Of a stretch of 43,912 bases of DNA, positions 1 through 8,721 are shown piece after piece. The notes below the pieces were generated by a model. The model was not told the origin of the DNA and did no database searches. It saw only the letters and a program-made list of their open reading frames with translations. Numbering within the stretch: the stretch's first letter is position 1; every line of letters starts with the position of its first letter. This DNA is from Opitutia bacterium (lineage in GTDB: Bacteria > Verrucomicrobiota > Verrucomicrobiia > Opitutales > T3Sed10-336), in the NCBI GenBank assembly GCA_050506795.1, contig JBJHCF010000044.1:1-43912 (forward strand), read 5' to 3'. A program made the position numbers and the translations under genes.

Positions 1-8
1 CGGCGGGC

Positions 9-719
9 TTGAACGTTCCAAATCAACATGACGCACCACATTCCCACCATTCACCCAAGTCACCTTCGACCGTGGGCTTCCGTCGCAAGCCGGCGGCGTT
101 TACCCTCATCGAGTTGCTGACCGTGATCGCCATCATCGGGATCCTCGCGGCGATCCTGATTCCCACGGTCGCGAAGGTCAGGCAATCAGCCAACAACAGC
201 CGCACCAAGGCATTGTTCAGCCAGGTGATCACGGCAATCGAAACCTACCGTCAGACCTACGGTTACTACCCGACCTTCGAGTACGGTAATCAGAATCAGA
301 ACAGTTTCCTCCTCGGTCAAAATGAGCAGATTGACCACGTGTTTTTCACCACGCTCACCGGGCGGAATCTCGACGGTTCCCGAATTGACGACTCCAATCA
401 TCCCAACCCCCGGGGAATCGAATTCTACAGTTTTTCCGAGTCCGACCTGGAGCGCCGGGGGGCCGGTCAGGCGCCCCGCTTGGTCGATGCTTTCGGGAAT
501 CGCGAGATCGTGATTATAGTGGATCGCAATCAGAGGGGCCTCATTCGGCCGCAGGACGTGGCTGATTGGCACCCGGTTTCGTCGGTGAACAACCCCGACG
601 TCGCGGCAGCGCCGCAGATTCCGACCGAAGGCATCCGCGCCGGCGTTATGATGTATTCGGCGGGAGCCGGGGGCAACACCCCCGATATCGCCCGCGACAA
701 TCTTGTTACCTCGTGGTAG
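9..719 (+). CDS. Prepilin-type N-terminal cleavage/methylation domain protein (pseudopilin-like)
   Basis: RKPAA|FTLIELLTVIAIIGILAAILIP class III signal peptide with Glu5; DAFGN motif near the C-terminus as in GspG-like pseudopilins; start codon uncertain (TTG at the window edge). Confidence 0.85.
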   Translation: MNVPNQHDAPHSHHSPKSPSTVGFRRKPAAFTLIELLTVIAIIGILAAILIPTVAKVRQSANNSRTKALFSQVITAIETYRQTYGYYPTFEYGNQNQNSFLLGQNEQIDHVFFTTLTGRNLDGSRIDDSNHPNPRGIEFYSFSESDLERRGAGQAPRLVDAFGNREIVIIVDRNQRGLIRPQDVADWHPVSSVNNPDVAAAPQIPTEGIRAGVMMYSAGAGGNTPDIARDNLVTSW

Positions 720-836
720 AGCCGGACAACCGTCGGCACCGGCCGTGTCGGCTGATGGTGCGGGCGGCAGTTCCGCGAGTTCCGCGGTGTCTATCGAAAC
801 GCTTGATTCCGGGGAGTTAACCCAAAATCGAAAAAA

Positions 837-2528
837 ATGGTACAGAGTAATTCTTTCTTAAAAGAAGCCGGCAAACGGCCCTTGCGGCGGTTCCGGAGCA
901 GTTTTCATGCGTCGTGGTCACGGGCGGCGGTGCTCCCGGTGCTCGCGCTCGTTCTTGTTGTGTTCTCCCAGGGCAGGGCCGGCGCGGATCCCGCCGCTCC
1001 GGATGAGGCGTTTCAGATCGGCGGGGGTGGTGAAGATGGCAACGTTTACTCTATCGATTATCGCCACGATTCAGACCCGGAAACGGCGCGAATCCTATTG
1101 GGAGGCTCGTTTTTGCGGTTCGGCAATGAGTCGAGACGTTTTCTCGCGGTTCTGGATGGAACCGGAGCTTTGGTCCCGTCCGAAGAATTTTCACCCGCCT
1201 CCATTCAGGGGCCGCCCTTCCCGCCAAGCCAGGTGGAGGTGGCGAAATGGGACAGTCAAGGGCGTATCGTTATCGGCGGCCAGTTTAATGAAGTCGGCGG
1301 TCAATCCCGCGGATCGGTTGCCCGGTTAAACGCCAATGGCAGCCTCGACACCTCATTCAATCCCCCGGCTGCCAATGGGCGGGTCCGGGATCTGGTCATT
1401 CTGGATGACGACAGCGTGATCATTGTCGGTGATTTCACCCAGGTCGGAGGGGAGACGGTGGGTCGCATCGCGCGCCTGAACGCCAATGGTTCGAGGGATA
1501 CCAGTTTCGGCGGCTCGGGCGGGTTCAACGGAGCCGTGCATACGGTGACGCTGACCGGCGATGGCGATTTGGTGGTCGGCGGCGACTTCACCAGCTACCG
1601 TTCAAGCTCCGCCGGCCGACTGGTTCGCATCGACAGCGCCAGTGGTGATCGAGTCGACGGGTTTTCGGTCGGTAATGGATTTGCCGGTGGTCCGGTGCGA
1701 ACCGTTCACGTTACCGCCGCCGGCGACATCCTGGCCGGTGGTGAGTTTAGTTTCTTCGACGGGAATCCGGCGAACCGTCTGGTTAGGCTGGGCGCCAACG
1801 GGGCGCGTTTGTCGCTCAGCATCGGCACCGGTTTCAACAATCCGGTTCTCGGAGTATCGTCCGATGCCGAAAACAGAATCCTCGTGGTTGGCGCGTTCAC
1901 ACAGGTGAACAATGAACCGCGATCCCGGGTGGTTCGGCTGTTGGAAAACGGTTCCCTGGACCCGACGTTTGATCCGGCGGATGGTACCGACAGCCAGATT
2001 GGAGAGGTGTGGGTACAGGAGGATGGTAAGATTTTGATAGGCGGCAATTTCCGCTTTTATCGGGGCCAGAACCATCGGCGATTGGCACGGCTTATGGGCG
2101 GCGGAGAGGTTGCCGAGCCGGGGGATGGTTTTGATGCCTGGCGACAGGAGGTATTCGCCGGCGGTGACGCGTCCAATGATGCCGTCAGCGGTCCGCAGGC
2201 CGATCCCGATGGCGACGGCGTAGCGAATCTTTTGGAGTATGCCTTTGATGGCGATCCACTGACCGCTTACAGTGCCCGGTTGCCGGAGCAAGGGGTGGCG
2301 CAGGAGGGAGGCGATGCGTTTCTGGAGATCACCTTTCATCGCATCAACGCCGACGATTTGGTTTACCGGGTGCAGGCGACGAGCAATTTGAACGACGCGG
2401 AGTCCTGGACCGAGATTTGGGTCAGCACCAACCATCCGTTCTCGGGGGAGACCATCACCGTACGCGACACGACGCCGATCCAGACCGGCGCATCCCGGTT
2501 CCTGCGAGTGCAGGTCGTTTTGGAGTGA
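837..2528 (+). CDS. Secreted delta-60 repeat (DUF5122-type beta-propeller) protein with verrucomicrobial C-terminal domain
   Basis: Hydrophobic signal-like segment; repeated IVIGGxF...ARLNANGSLDTSF units; C-terminal DPDGDGVANLLEYAF and FLRVQV. Confidence 0.85.
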   Translation: MVQSNSFLKEAGKRPLRRFRSSFHASWSRAAVLPVLALVLVVFSQGRAGADPAAPDEAFQIGGGGEDGNVYSIDYRHDSDPETARILLGGSFLRFGNESRRFLAVLDGTGALVPSEEFSPASIQGPPFPPSQVEVAKWDSQGRIVIGGQFNEVGGQSRGSVARLNANGSLDTSFNPPAANGRVRDLVILDDDSVIIVGDFTQVGGETVGRIARLNANGSRDTSFGGSGGFNGAVHTVTLTGDGDLVVGGDFTSYRSSSAGRLVRIDSASGDRVDGFSVGNGFAGGPVRTVHVTAAGDILAGGEFSFFDGNPANRLVRLGANGARLSLSIGTGFNNPVLGVSSDAENRILVVGAFTQVNNEPRSRVVRLLENGSLDPTFDPADGTDSQIGEVWVQEDGKILIGGNFRFYRGQNHRRLARLMGGGEVAEPGDGFDAWRQEVFAGGDASNDAVSGPQADPDGDGVANLLEYAFDGDPLTAYSARLPEQGVAQEGGDAFLEITFHRINADDLVYRVQATSNLNDAESWTEIWVSTNHPFSGETITVRDTTPIQTGASRFLRVQVVLE

Positions 2529-2543
2529 GTGCCTGCTCGTCGC

Positions 2544-3578
2544 TCAGCGACGAGTGACGAAATAAAGCCTTTCGAACGGCAGAAGGTTGCGGGATGCCAA
2601 CGTCGACAGGAGCGCCTGGCACTTTCCATTGGTGAGGACCGCCTGCAGGAAAACTGCCGCCGCGCGGCGGCGGCGAAAGCGTTTGTCCATATCGCGATTG
2701 GTCCATCCGCCGGCCTCGCTCCAGGTCAATTCACCGCGGCTGTAGGAAAGGACGTGAGGAAGGGCGGTTTCCGCGCTTTCCAGGGCCAGCGACATGCCGT
2801 TGCCGGTAAAAGGAGGAATCATACCGGCGGCGTCGCCCAGCAGGATGCGCCCCCGGGGAGACCGTTTCCGGGCTGAAAAGGAGAATCCCGAAGCCGCCGA
2901 GAAACTGGCTTCGCAGGGTTCCCCGGCTTCCAGTGCCTCCGACAACTCACCCATTCCACTGGCCCGGAGATAGGCGATAATCAGTGCCATTCCCCGTCCT
3001 TTGATTCCCGCCCGGCGATGAAACAGGCAACAAAGGTTGTGTCGATTTTCCTCGATGCGGCTGATTCCGGCGTAGGCCCGGTCGCCGAGGTGCATTTGCA
3101 GATCGTCCGGCAAAGCGGGCAGGTTCCGGATATGGATTTTAAGTCCGAGCCATTGGGACTCGTCGCTTCGCTTGCCGAAGGAGTGGATTACGCCCTCCGC
3201 AACCGACCCGATTTCGCGTTCGCCGGCGCGTTCTCCGGTGCGAAGGGTGCCCCCGGAACGTTCAAACAGGTCAGCCAGACGAAAATCCAGGCGCAACCGG
3301 GACAGGCCCCAAGCGGGCTCAGGGAGTTCACGGCGGATAATCAAACGGTTGCGCCGGTACCATCCGGTGGAGCAATTGATCACACAGTCGCGCAGACTTT
3401 CACTGATGCCGAGGGTTGCCAGGGTTTTGGTCGTGACCCCGGAGAGGAATTCCCCGCACACGCGATGACGAGGATAGCGTCCCGCCTCACGGATAGTCAC
3501 CGGAACCTCGAATTTCCGCAGAGCGATTCCCAGGGAGAGACCGGCCAGGCCGCCGCCGATGATTGTGATAGGTTTCAT
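2544..3578 (-). CDS. NAD(P)/FAD-dependent oxidoreductase
   Basis: IIGGGLAG dinucleotide-binding motif, RHRVCGEFLS, GDAAGMIPPFTGNGMSLA. Confidence 0.85.
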   Translation of the reverse strand: MKPITIIGGGLAGLSLGIALRKFEVPVTIREAGRYPRHRVCGEFLSGVTTKTLATLGISESLRDCVINCSTGWYRRNRLIIRRELPEPAWGLSRLRLDFRLADLFERSGGTLRTGERAGEREIGSVAEGVIHSFGKRSDESQWLGLKIHIRNLPALPDDLQMHLGDRAYAGISRIEENRHNLCCLFHRRAGIKGRGMALIIAYLRASGMGELSEALEAGEPCEASFSAASGFSFSARKRSPRGRILLGDAAGMIPPFTGNGMSLALESAETALPHVLSYSRGELTWSEAGGWTNRDMDKRFRRRRAAAVFLQAVLTNGKCQALLSTLASRNLLPFERLYFVTRR

Positions 3579-3811
3579 GCTTACTTCGGTCGGTCATCAT
3601 GTGACGTCACCGCCACGAATTCCACAAAAACCTGCCGGAATTTTGCTTCAGATTCACGAGCGAACCCCGGCCGTTCCCGCCGCCACCTACCCGACTACCG
3701 GCGTCCCCCACCTTTTCACAGGCAACGCCACCGACCGCCGCGTGCACTCCGATCTCTCCATGATTGGGATTAGGAGTCAGGGTTTGTGGCAGGGGCGATC
3801 CGTATAAACAC

Positions 3812-3888
<77 letters not shown>

Positions 3889-4036
3889 AAGTGCTTTAAG
3901 GGTGAAGTTTGGCGGCAAGACGGATTCCGAGGCAAGAGAAAAACCCTTGGCGGTGAGGATTTTTGCCGGGTGCGGGAGGATCCGGCCGGGCGAGCTCTTG
4001 CCTTCGGAGGAATATGCGGGCATAGGGGGACTGATC

Positions 4037-4600
4037 ATGCGAATTACCGGTGGAAAGGCGAGGGGGGTGCCTATTGTCGCGCCCAGGGGATCGGGAGTGC
4101 GTCCGGCGACCGACCGGATGCGCGAGGCGGTCTTTTCCAGCCTGGGGCCGGTGCTGTCGGGGAGGTGTTTTGTGGATCTGTTCGCCGGCACGGGGGCCTA
4201 CGGGTTGGAGGCGTTGAGCCGCGGCGCGGCCAGTGGAGTGTTCGTGGAGCGTGACCGGACGGCGGTGGCCTGTTTGCGGCGCAATCTGGCAGCGCTTGGG
4301 AAAAGTATGGGAGCCGACGCCCCTAGCGGCACGGTTGTGGCGCGGGACGTCTTTTCCTGGTCTCCCGATCCAAACCGGGCGGTGGATTTTGTTTTTGCCG
4401 ATCCGCCTTACTCGCTGTTTCCGGCGGTGATTCCCCGTCTGGCTCGGCTGTGGGATGAGTGTTGTCTGCCGGAAAAAGCACCGCTCTGTATCCTTGAGGC
4501 TCCCGGGGAGCTGGAAATCGATCTGCCGGGTTGGCATTGTGTCAAATCGATCGGCAAGGGAAAGGGAAACCCGGTGTGCGGTTTTTGGGAGCGGAGGTGA
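4037..4600 (+). CDS. rsmD: 16S rRNA m2G966 methyltransferase, RsmD family
   Basis: MRITGGKARG start, RPATDRMREAVFS, DLFAGTGAYGLEALSRGA, DPPY; ATG at 4037 preferred over the ORF-track start 3902. Confidence 0.92.
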   Translation: MRITGGKARGVPIVAPRGSGVRPATDRMREAVFSSLGPVLSGRCFVDLFAGTGAYGLEALSRGAASGVFVERDRTAVACLRRNLAALGKSMGADAPSGTVVARDVFSWSPDPNRAVDFVFADPPYSLFPAVIPRLARLWDECCLPEKAPLCILEAPGELEIDLPGWHCVKSIGKGKGNPVCGFWERR

Positions 4601-4604
4601 TTCC

Positions 4605-4644
4605 TGGTTTCTGGTTCTTGGTTCTTAGTTCTTGGTTCTTGGTT
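4605..4644 (+). repeat. Heptamer tandem repeat (TGGTTCT)n, about 5.7 copies
   Basis: TGGTTTC TGGTTCT TGGTTCT TAGTTCT TGGTTCT TGGTT in the gap between convergent rsmD and nadC. Confidence 0.9.
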
Positions 4645-4650
4645 GGCGGT

Positions 4651-5571
4651 TTATGGCGTCCAGTCCAGGGCGATGTCTTTCCAACGGCTTTGGTGGGTTA
4701 ATGCGCCGCAGGAGATGAAGGTCAGGCCCAGGCGGCCCAGTTCCGGAAGGCTTTCCAGGGTGACCCCGCCGCTGGCCTCGGTGGCGCACTGGTCGCCGAT
4801 AAGGGTCAGGGCCTGACGGAGGTGGTCGAGGGAAAAGTTGTCCAGGAGGATCACGTCCGGTTTCGCCGGCAGCAGCGGCGGAATCTGTTGCAGGGAGTCC
4901 ACTTCCACTTCGATAGGCAAACCGGGATTGTCCCGGGCGATTTCGGCCACAAAGCGCGCCAGCTGTTCGCCGGTGACCGCCCGGCCCGCCGCCAGGTGGT
5001 TGTCCTTGATCATGACGCGGTCGAATAATCCGATCCGGTGATTCCAGCCTCCCCCGCGGGCGACCGCGTATTTTTCCAGGACCCGGAAGCCCGGTGTCGT
5101 TTTGCGGGTGTCGAGGAGCCGGGTGGATGAACCTTCGAGGGCCGCGACGAAAGAGGCGGTGTGGGTGGCGATTCCCGAAAGGTGCTGCAGGAAGTTCAGC
5201 ATGACCCGTTCCGCGGTCAACAGATCGGCGCGTTGCCCTCGCAATTCGGCCAGGGTCGTGCCCGCCGTCACGGAATCGCCGTCGGAGACTCGCGGTGCCA
5301 CCTGCGCCTCGCTGCCGTAGGCGGAGAGAATCAGCGGCAGCAGCGGCAACCCGCAAGCGATCAGGTTTTCGCGCGCCACGATTCGAGCCACCCCTTCGCC
5401 GGCGTTCCTCAGCCCGCGGCTGCTGGGATCCCCCGTGACCGCGGGCGGATGGCCAAGACCGGCGCCGGTCAGATCCTCGTCCCGGGCTCGGGCGATCAAA
5501 TCGGTCAAAAACGCCTCATCCAGGTCCTCCCAGCCAATGCGCCGGGCCAAACGTTCATGTGTTGCCATCAT
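4651..5571 (-). CDS. nadC: Nicotinate-nucleotide diphosphorylase (quinolinate phosphoribosyltransferase)
   Basis: AERVMLNFLQHLSGIAT, LDTRKTTPG, HRIGLFDRVMIKDNH, EVEVDS, ILLDN, EASGGV; start set at ATG 5571 to avoid overlap with the LacI gene. Confidence 0.95.
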   Translation of the reverse strand: MMATHERLARRIGWEDLDEAFLTDLIARARDEDLTGAGLGHPPAVTGDPSSRGLRNAGEGVARIVARENLIACGLPLLPLILSAYGSEAQVAPRVSDGDSVTAGTTLAELRGQRADLLTAERVMLNFLQHLSGIATHTASFVAALEGSSTRLLDTRKTTPGFRVLEKYAVARGGGWNHRIGLFDRVMIKDNHLAAGRAVTGEQLARFVAEIARDNPGLPIEVEVDSLQQIPPLLPAKPDVILLDNFSLDHLRQALTLIGDQCATEASGGVTLESLPELGRLGLTFISCGALTHQSRWKDIALDWTP

Positions 5572-5617
5572 AGTACCCAAAAATCGAATACGAAAAGCCG
5601 ATGATCGGACGTCCCCT

Positions 5618-6697
5618 TCATCCGGAGGCGCCGGCCAGATTTTTCTTCCCGGTTTCCCTTGCCTGGTTTTCGGCTGGAAGCTCGCGCAAGGTTTCGCCGT
5701 CGGACCAGGCGGCGATAATGGTGGTGTTGCTGGGCACTTCGGGTGGGCCGTACTCATTGCGATGCAGTTGCGCGATCAGGAGCTCCATTCCGCGGGCTCC
5801 GATCAGGCGCGGACGAAGGTCGAGACCGGCACAGGCGCGACCGTGCACGGTGATATTGAGACTGCAGAAACCGTGGGATTGCGGAATCCTGGCGCCCGCG
5901 TTTTCCATCCAGCCGATTACTCGAGGATCATGGCAGAGAACCACGTCGGGGGCGCATTGCTTGAACCAGGGAAGGAACACATCTTCCTCCAGTTGTTTTT
6001 CGATCAGCGGAGGCACTTCCACCTGGCGGTTGCGGCGTTGCTGGTGGGCGAGGTAGGAAGCTTCCCAGCGGAACAGCAAACGCTGGTCGTGATCCCGACG
6101 CAGCACCAGACCGGGCCGGCGGTAGCCCAGTTCGTGCAGTTTGTCGAGGACCAGGAGCATGGAGCGGTAGTGGTTGGAGCAAATGGTATGCAGGCGGGGC
6201 GCCTCGATGATGTAGTCCGAATAGATGCCCGCGTAGTGTGACCAGTCGAGCTCGGTAAGATCAGGGGCGGTATGGGTCGGGAGGAGAAATATGCCGCGGA
6301 TGGCGCGCGACTTGAGAATGGTGTCGAGACGGTTGAGGGAGAGCTTCTTCTCCTTAACTGAAAACAATTCCGTTTTGAATCCGAGTTCCTCCGCCCGCTC
6401 GGAGGCCCCGCGTACCAGTTCGCGATGGAATCGATTGGAACCTTCTGAGCGCTCCCGGGTTCCGTCGAGGTCCAAAATCGCCAGCACGCCGCGAAAGGTT
6501 CCGGCGCGGGAGCGGCGCATTTCCGACATCAGGGCGCCGGCCAGGGGATTGTGCCGGTACCCCGCCTTTTTTGCCGCCTCCACCACCCGTTTTCGGGTTT
6601 CCGGATGAACTCGCGGACAGTTGCGCAGCGCTTCGGAAACCGTTGTGTGGGATAACCCCAGTGAACGCGCCAACTCTCGAAGTGAGGGACTCTTCAT
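5618..6697 (-). CDS. LacI-family transcriptional regulator
   Basis: N-terminal HTH SLRELARSLGLSHTTVSEALR...AGYRHNP; C-terminal sugar-binding-like domain. Confidence 0.9.
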   Translation of the reverse strand: MKSPSLRELARSLGLSHTTVSEALRNCPRVHPETRKRVVEAAKKAGYRHNPLAGALMSEMRRSRAGTFRGVLAILDLDGTRERSEGSNRFHRELVRGASERAEELGFKTELFSVKEKKLSLNRLDTILKSRAIRGIFLLPTHTAPDLTELDWSHYAGIYSDYIIEAPRLHTICSNHYRSMLLVLDKLHELGYRRPGLVLRRDHDQRLLFRWEASYLAHQQRRNRQVEVPPLIEKQLEEDVFLPWFKQCAPDVVLCHDPRVIGWMENAGARIPQSHGFCSLNITVHGRACAGLDLRPRLIGARGMELLIAQLHRNEYGPPEVPSNTTIIAAWSDGETLRELPAENQARETGKKNLAGASG

Positions 6698-6760
6698 GGC
6701 TCTTACTGTAAGAGGCAGGGGCGCGACTGCAAGATTTAGCGAATGACCAATCGCCAGGCA

Positions 6761-7657
6761 TTATTCTGCGGTCTTTGGTTTGAAGTCCGGGGTCCCCGAG
6801 CGGGCGATAATGCGGCTGACCTGGTCTTTTTTGACGGTCGTTTCGGTGCCCGAGACGTAAGTTCGCCAGACGTTGGGGTAGACGTTGTAATGCCGATGGA
6901 ACACGCGGCAAAGATCGCTGGCACTGTTGAAGCCGGATTGGCGAGCGATGGTTTCGATGGTGTCCGAGGTCGAAGCCAGCATTTCCATGGCGCGTTCCAG
7001 TCGGAGGTGGGTGAGCACGGTGTGCGGGCTTTTTCCATACACCTGCTGGAACTGCCGTCGCAGGTGAGCCGGTGATACGTGGACCGCCTCGGCCAGCGCG
7101 TCGAGGGTCGGTCGGTTTTCCAGGCGCGCCAGGTACCACTGGATGGCGCGTTCGACCCGTTCGACGGCGACGGTTTCCAGAGGTAGATTCGAGTCAAACC
7201 TTCGATCCCGCAAGAGGATAAGAGACAGATCCAGGAGGGCGCGCTGGAAGTGGAGCAGGGACGCGGGATTGGGCGCCCGGTAATGAGGGTCGAGCGTTTT
7301 TGCCAATTGCCGCATCTGACCGATCTCTTCCGGTCTCAGTTCAACCTGGAGGTAACCTCCTGAAGGACAGAGTTTTTCGATTAATTCCGGGACCGAGGAA
7401 AAGTGGAACACCACGCGTTCCATATCAATCGAGGAAACCCACCCGTGAGCGGTATTGGGGGAAAAAAGCCACAATGTCGATTCCCCTGGAGGGACGGTTT
7501 TTCCGGAGGGGAGAGTGGGGCGCAACCAGCCGGTCAGATTGGCGTAAAACTCCCAGTTATAACGGGTTGAAACCAATAACGGAGACCGTGCGAAATTCTT
7601 CGGGCCATAGGCAAGGTAGCGTAGCATCAGAGGAATCGGATTAAGCCATTGATACAC
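6761..7657 (-). CDS. AraC-family transcriptional regulator
   Basis: N-terminal cupin-like region; C-terminal LDALAEAVHVSPAHLRRQF...IARQSGFNSASDLCRVF. Confidence 0.92.
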   Translation of the reverse strand: MYQWLNPIPLMLRYLAYGPKNFARSPLLVSTRYNWEFYANLTGWLRPTLPSGKTVPPGESTLWLFSPNTAHGWVSSIDMERVVFHFSSVPELIEKLCPSGGYLQVELRPEEIGQMRQLAKTLDPHYRAPNPASLLHFQRALLDLSLILLRDRRFDSNLPLETVAVERVERAIQWYLARLENRPTLDALAEAVHVSPAHLRRQFQQVYGKSPHTVLTHLRLERAMEMLASTSDTIETIARQSGFNSASDLCRVFHRHYNVYPNVWRTYVSGTETTVKKDQVSRIIARSGTPDFKPKTAE

Positions 7658-7804
7658 TGGTGAGCGATTTTGTCAATTCATGGATTGCGGCTGTTCCTTG
7701 GCAAATCGGCGGGGTTATTACATATTATTCTTAATACAATTAGTGCGGAATGCATTTCATCGAAGATTCCGAACTCGATAAACCCTTAACGATGGAGAAT
7801 TGCC

Positions 7805-8575
7805 ATGATTGAAGTGGAAAGCAAAGCGTACCATGAGGAGTTCAGCGGGCGACGCGGTTTTACCCTGATCGAACTCCTGACGGTAATCGCAATAATCGGA
7901 ATTCTGGCTTCGATCCTGATTCCCGTGGTCGGGCGGGTGAGGGATTCGGCCCGGAGTGCTCAGTGTATGAGTAATGTCAGGCAGTGGGGGATGGCGGTAA
8001 TTCTATACGCCGAGGAAAACGATGGCCATTACGCGGTTCGCAAGAATTGGGTGGATAGCGGGGAAGGCGTCAGCTCCTGGGCGGCCATTCAGTCGGAGTA
8101 TCAGATTTACCTCCAGCAAGGCGAAGCGACCCGAGATTTTCGCCGCTGCCCCGCGGATAGCGCCGCCGAACGCGGCGAGGTTTGTTACGCCATGAATTGG
8201 CCGAACGTGCACGGCAACCGGCCGCCCCGTGACCGCATTCCCTTGAGCGCGGCGCGCGAGCCCAGTGCGTTGCTGCTCGTGGTGGACGCGGCGCCGCCCA
8301 GCAAGGCCAATGTTGATGAGAGCACCTTCTCCCTCGATGGAACGATTGCCGCCAACCGGGCGGCGCGGGGGGCGGGCGCGCCCCAGGTGTTCGCACTGGC
8401 CGGAGGCGAGTTTCTGGATCGTCGCCACTACGGACAAATGAACGCGGTGTTCGGCGACGGGCATGCCCGGACCGTTCATTGGCATTCGCGCACCGGCGAC
8501 GGCAATGACGGTGATTCCTTCGAGGATCAGTGGACCCGATGGACTTCGATCTTTCCCTACAGCACCAACCGATAA
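7805..8575 (+). CDS. Prepilin-type methylation domain protein with C-terminal H-X9-DG motif
   Basis: RRG|FTLIELLTVIAIIGILASILIP, SAQCMSNVRQ, H-YGQMNAVFG-DGHA; GGAG Shine-Dalgarno upstream. Confidence 0.92.
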   Translation: MIEVESKAYHEEFSGRRGFTLIELLTVIAIIGILASILIPVVGRVRDSARSAQCMSNVRQWGMAVILYAEENDGHYAVRKNWVDSGEGVSSWAAIQSEYQIYLQQGEATRDFRRCPADSAAERGEVCYAMNWPNVHGNRPPRDRIPLSAAREPSALLLVVDAAPPSKANVDESTFSLDGTIAANRAARGAGAPQVFALAGGEFLDRRHYGQMNAVFGDGHARTVHWHSRTGDGNDGDSFEDQWTRWTSIFPYSTNR

Positions 8576-8582
8576 TGTTTTC

Positions 8583-8618
8583 AAATCCGGCGGATCCGGT
8601 CCTGGCTCCGCCGGATTT
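8583..8618 (+). terminator. Intergenic hairpin (terminator or mRNA-processing stem)
   Basis: AAATCCGGCGGA ... TCCGCCGGATTT 12-bp inverted repeat just after the pilin stop. Confidence 0.6.
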
Positions 8619-8721
8619 GTGTTCATTTATAATTTCCGACTCTCCTTAACGATCCTGTTGCAAACCTAGAACTTCGAAGCTGTGTCGCGGTTTTGCGGTG
8701 CGGTTCGAAGCAAAACCTATT

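Noticed and set aside
5572..5757. N-terminal extension of NadC given by the ORF track (likewise RsmD 3902-4036 and Wzc 28811-28915)
   Set aside because: The extensions lack family similarity, the NadC one overlaps the LacI gene, and downstream ATGs match family starts
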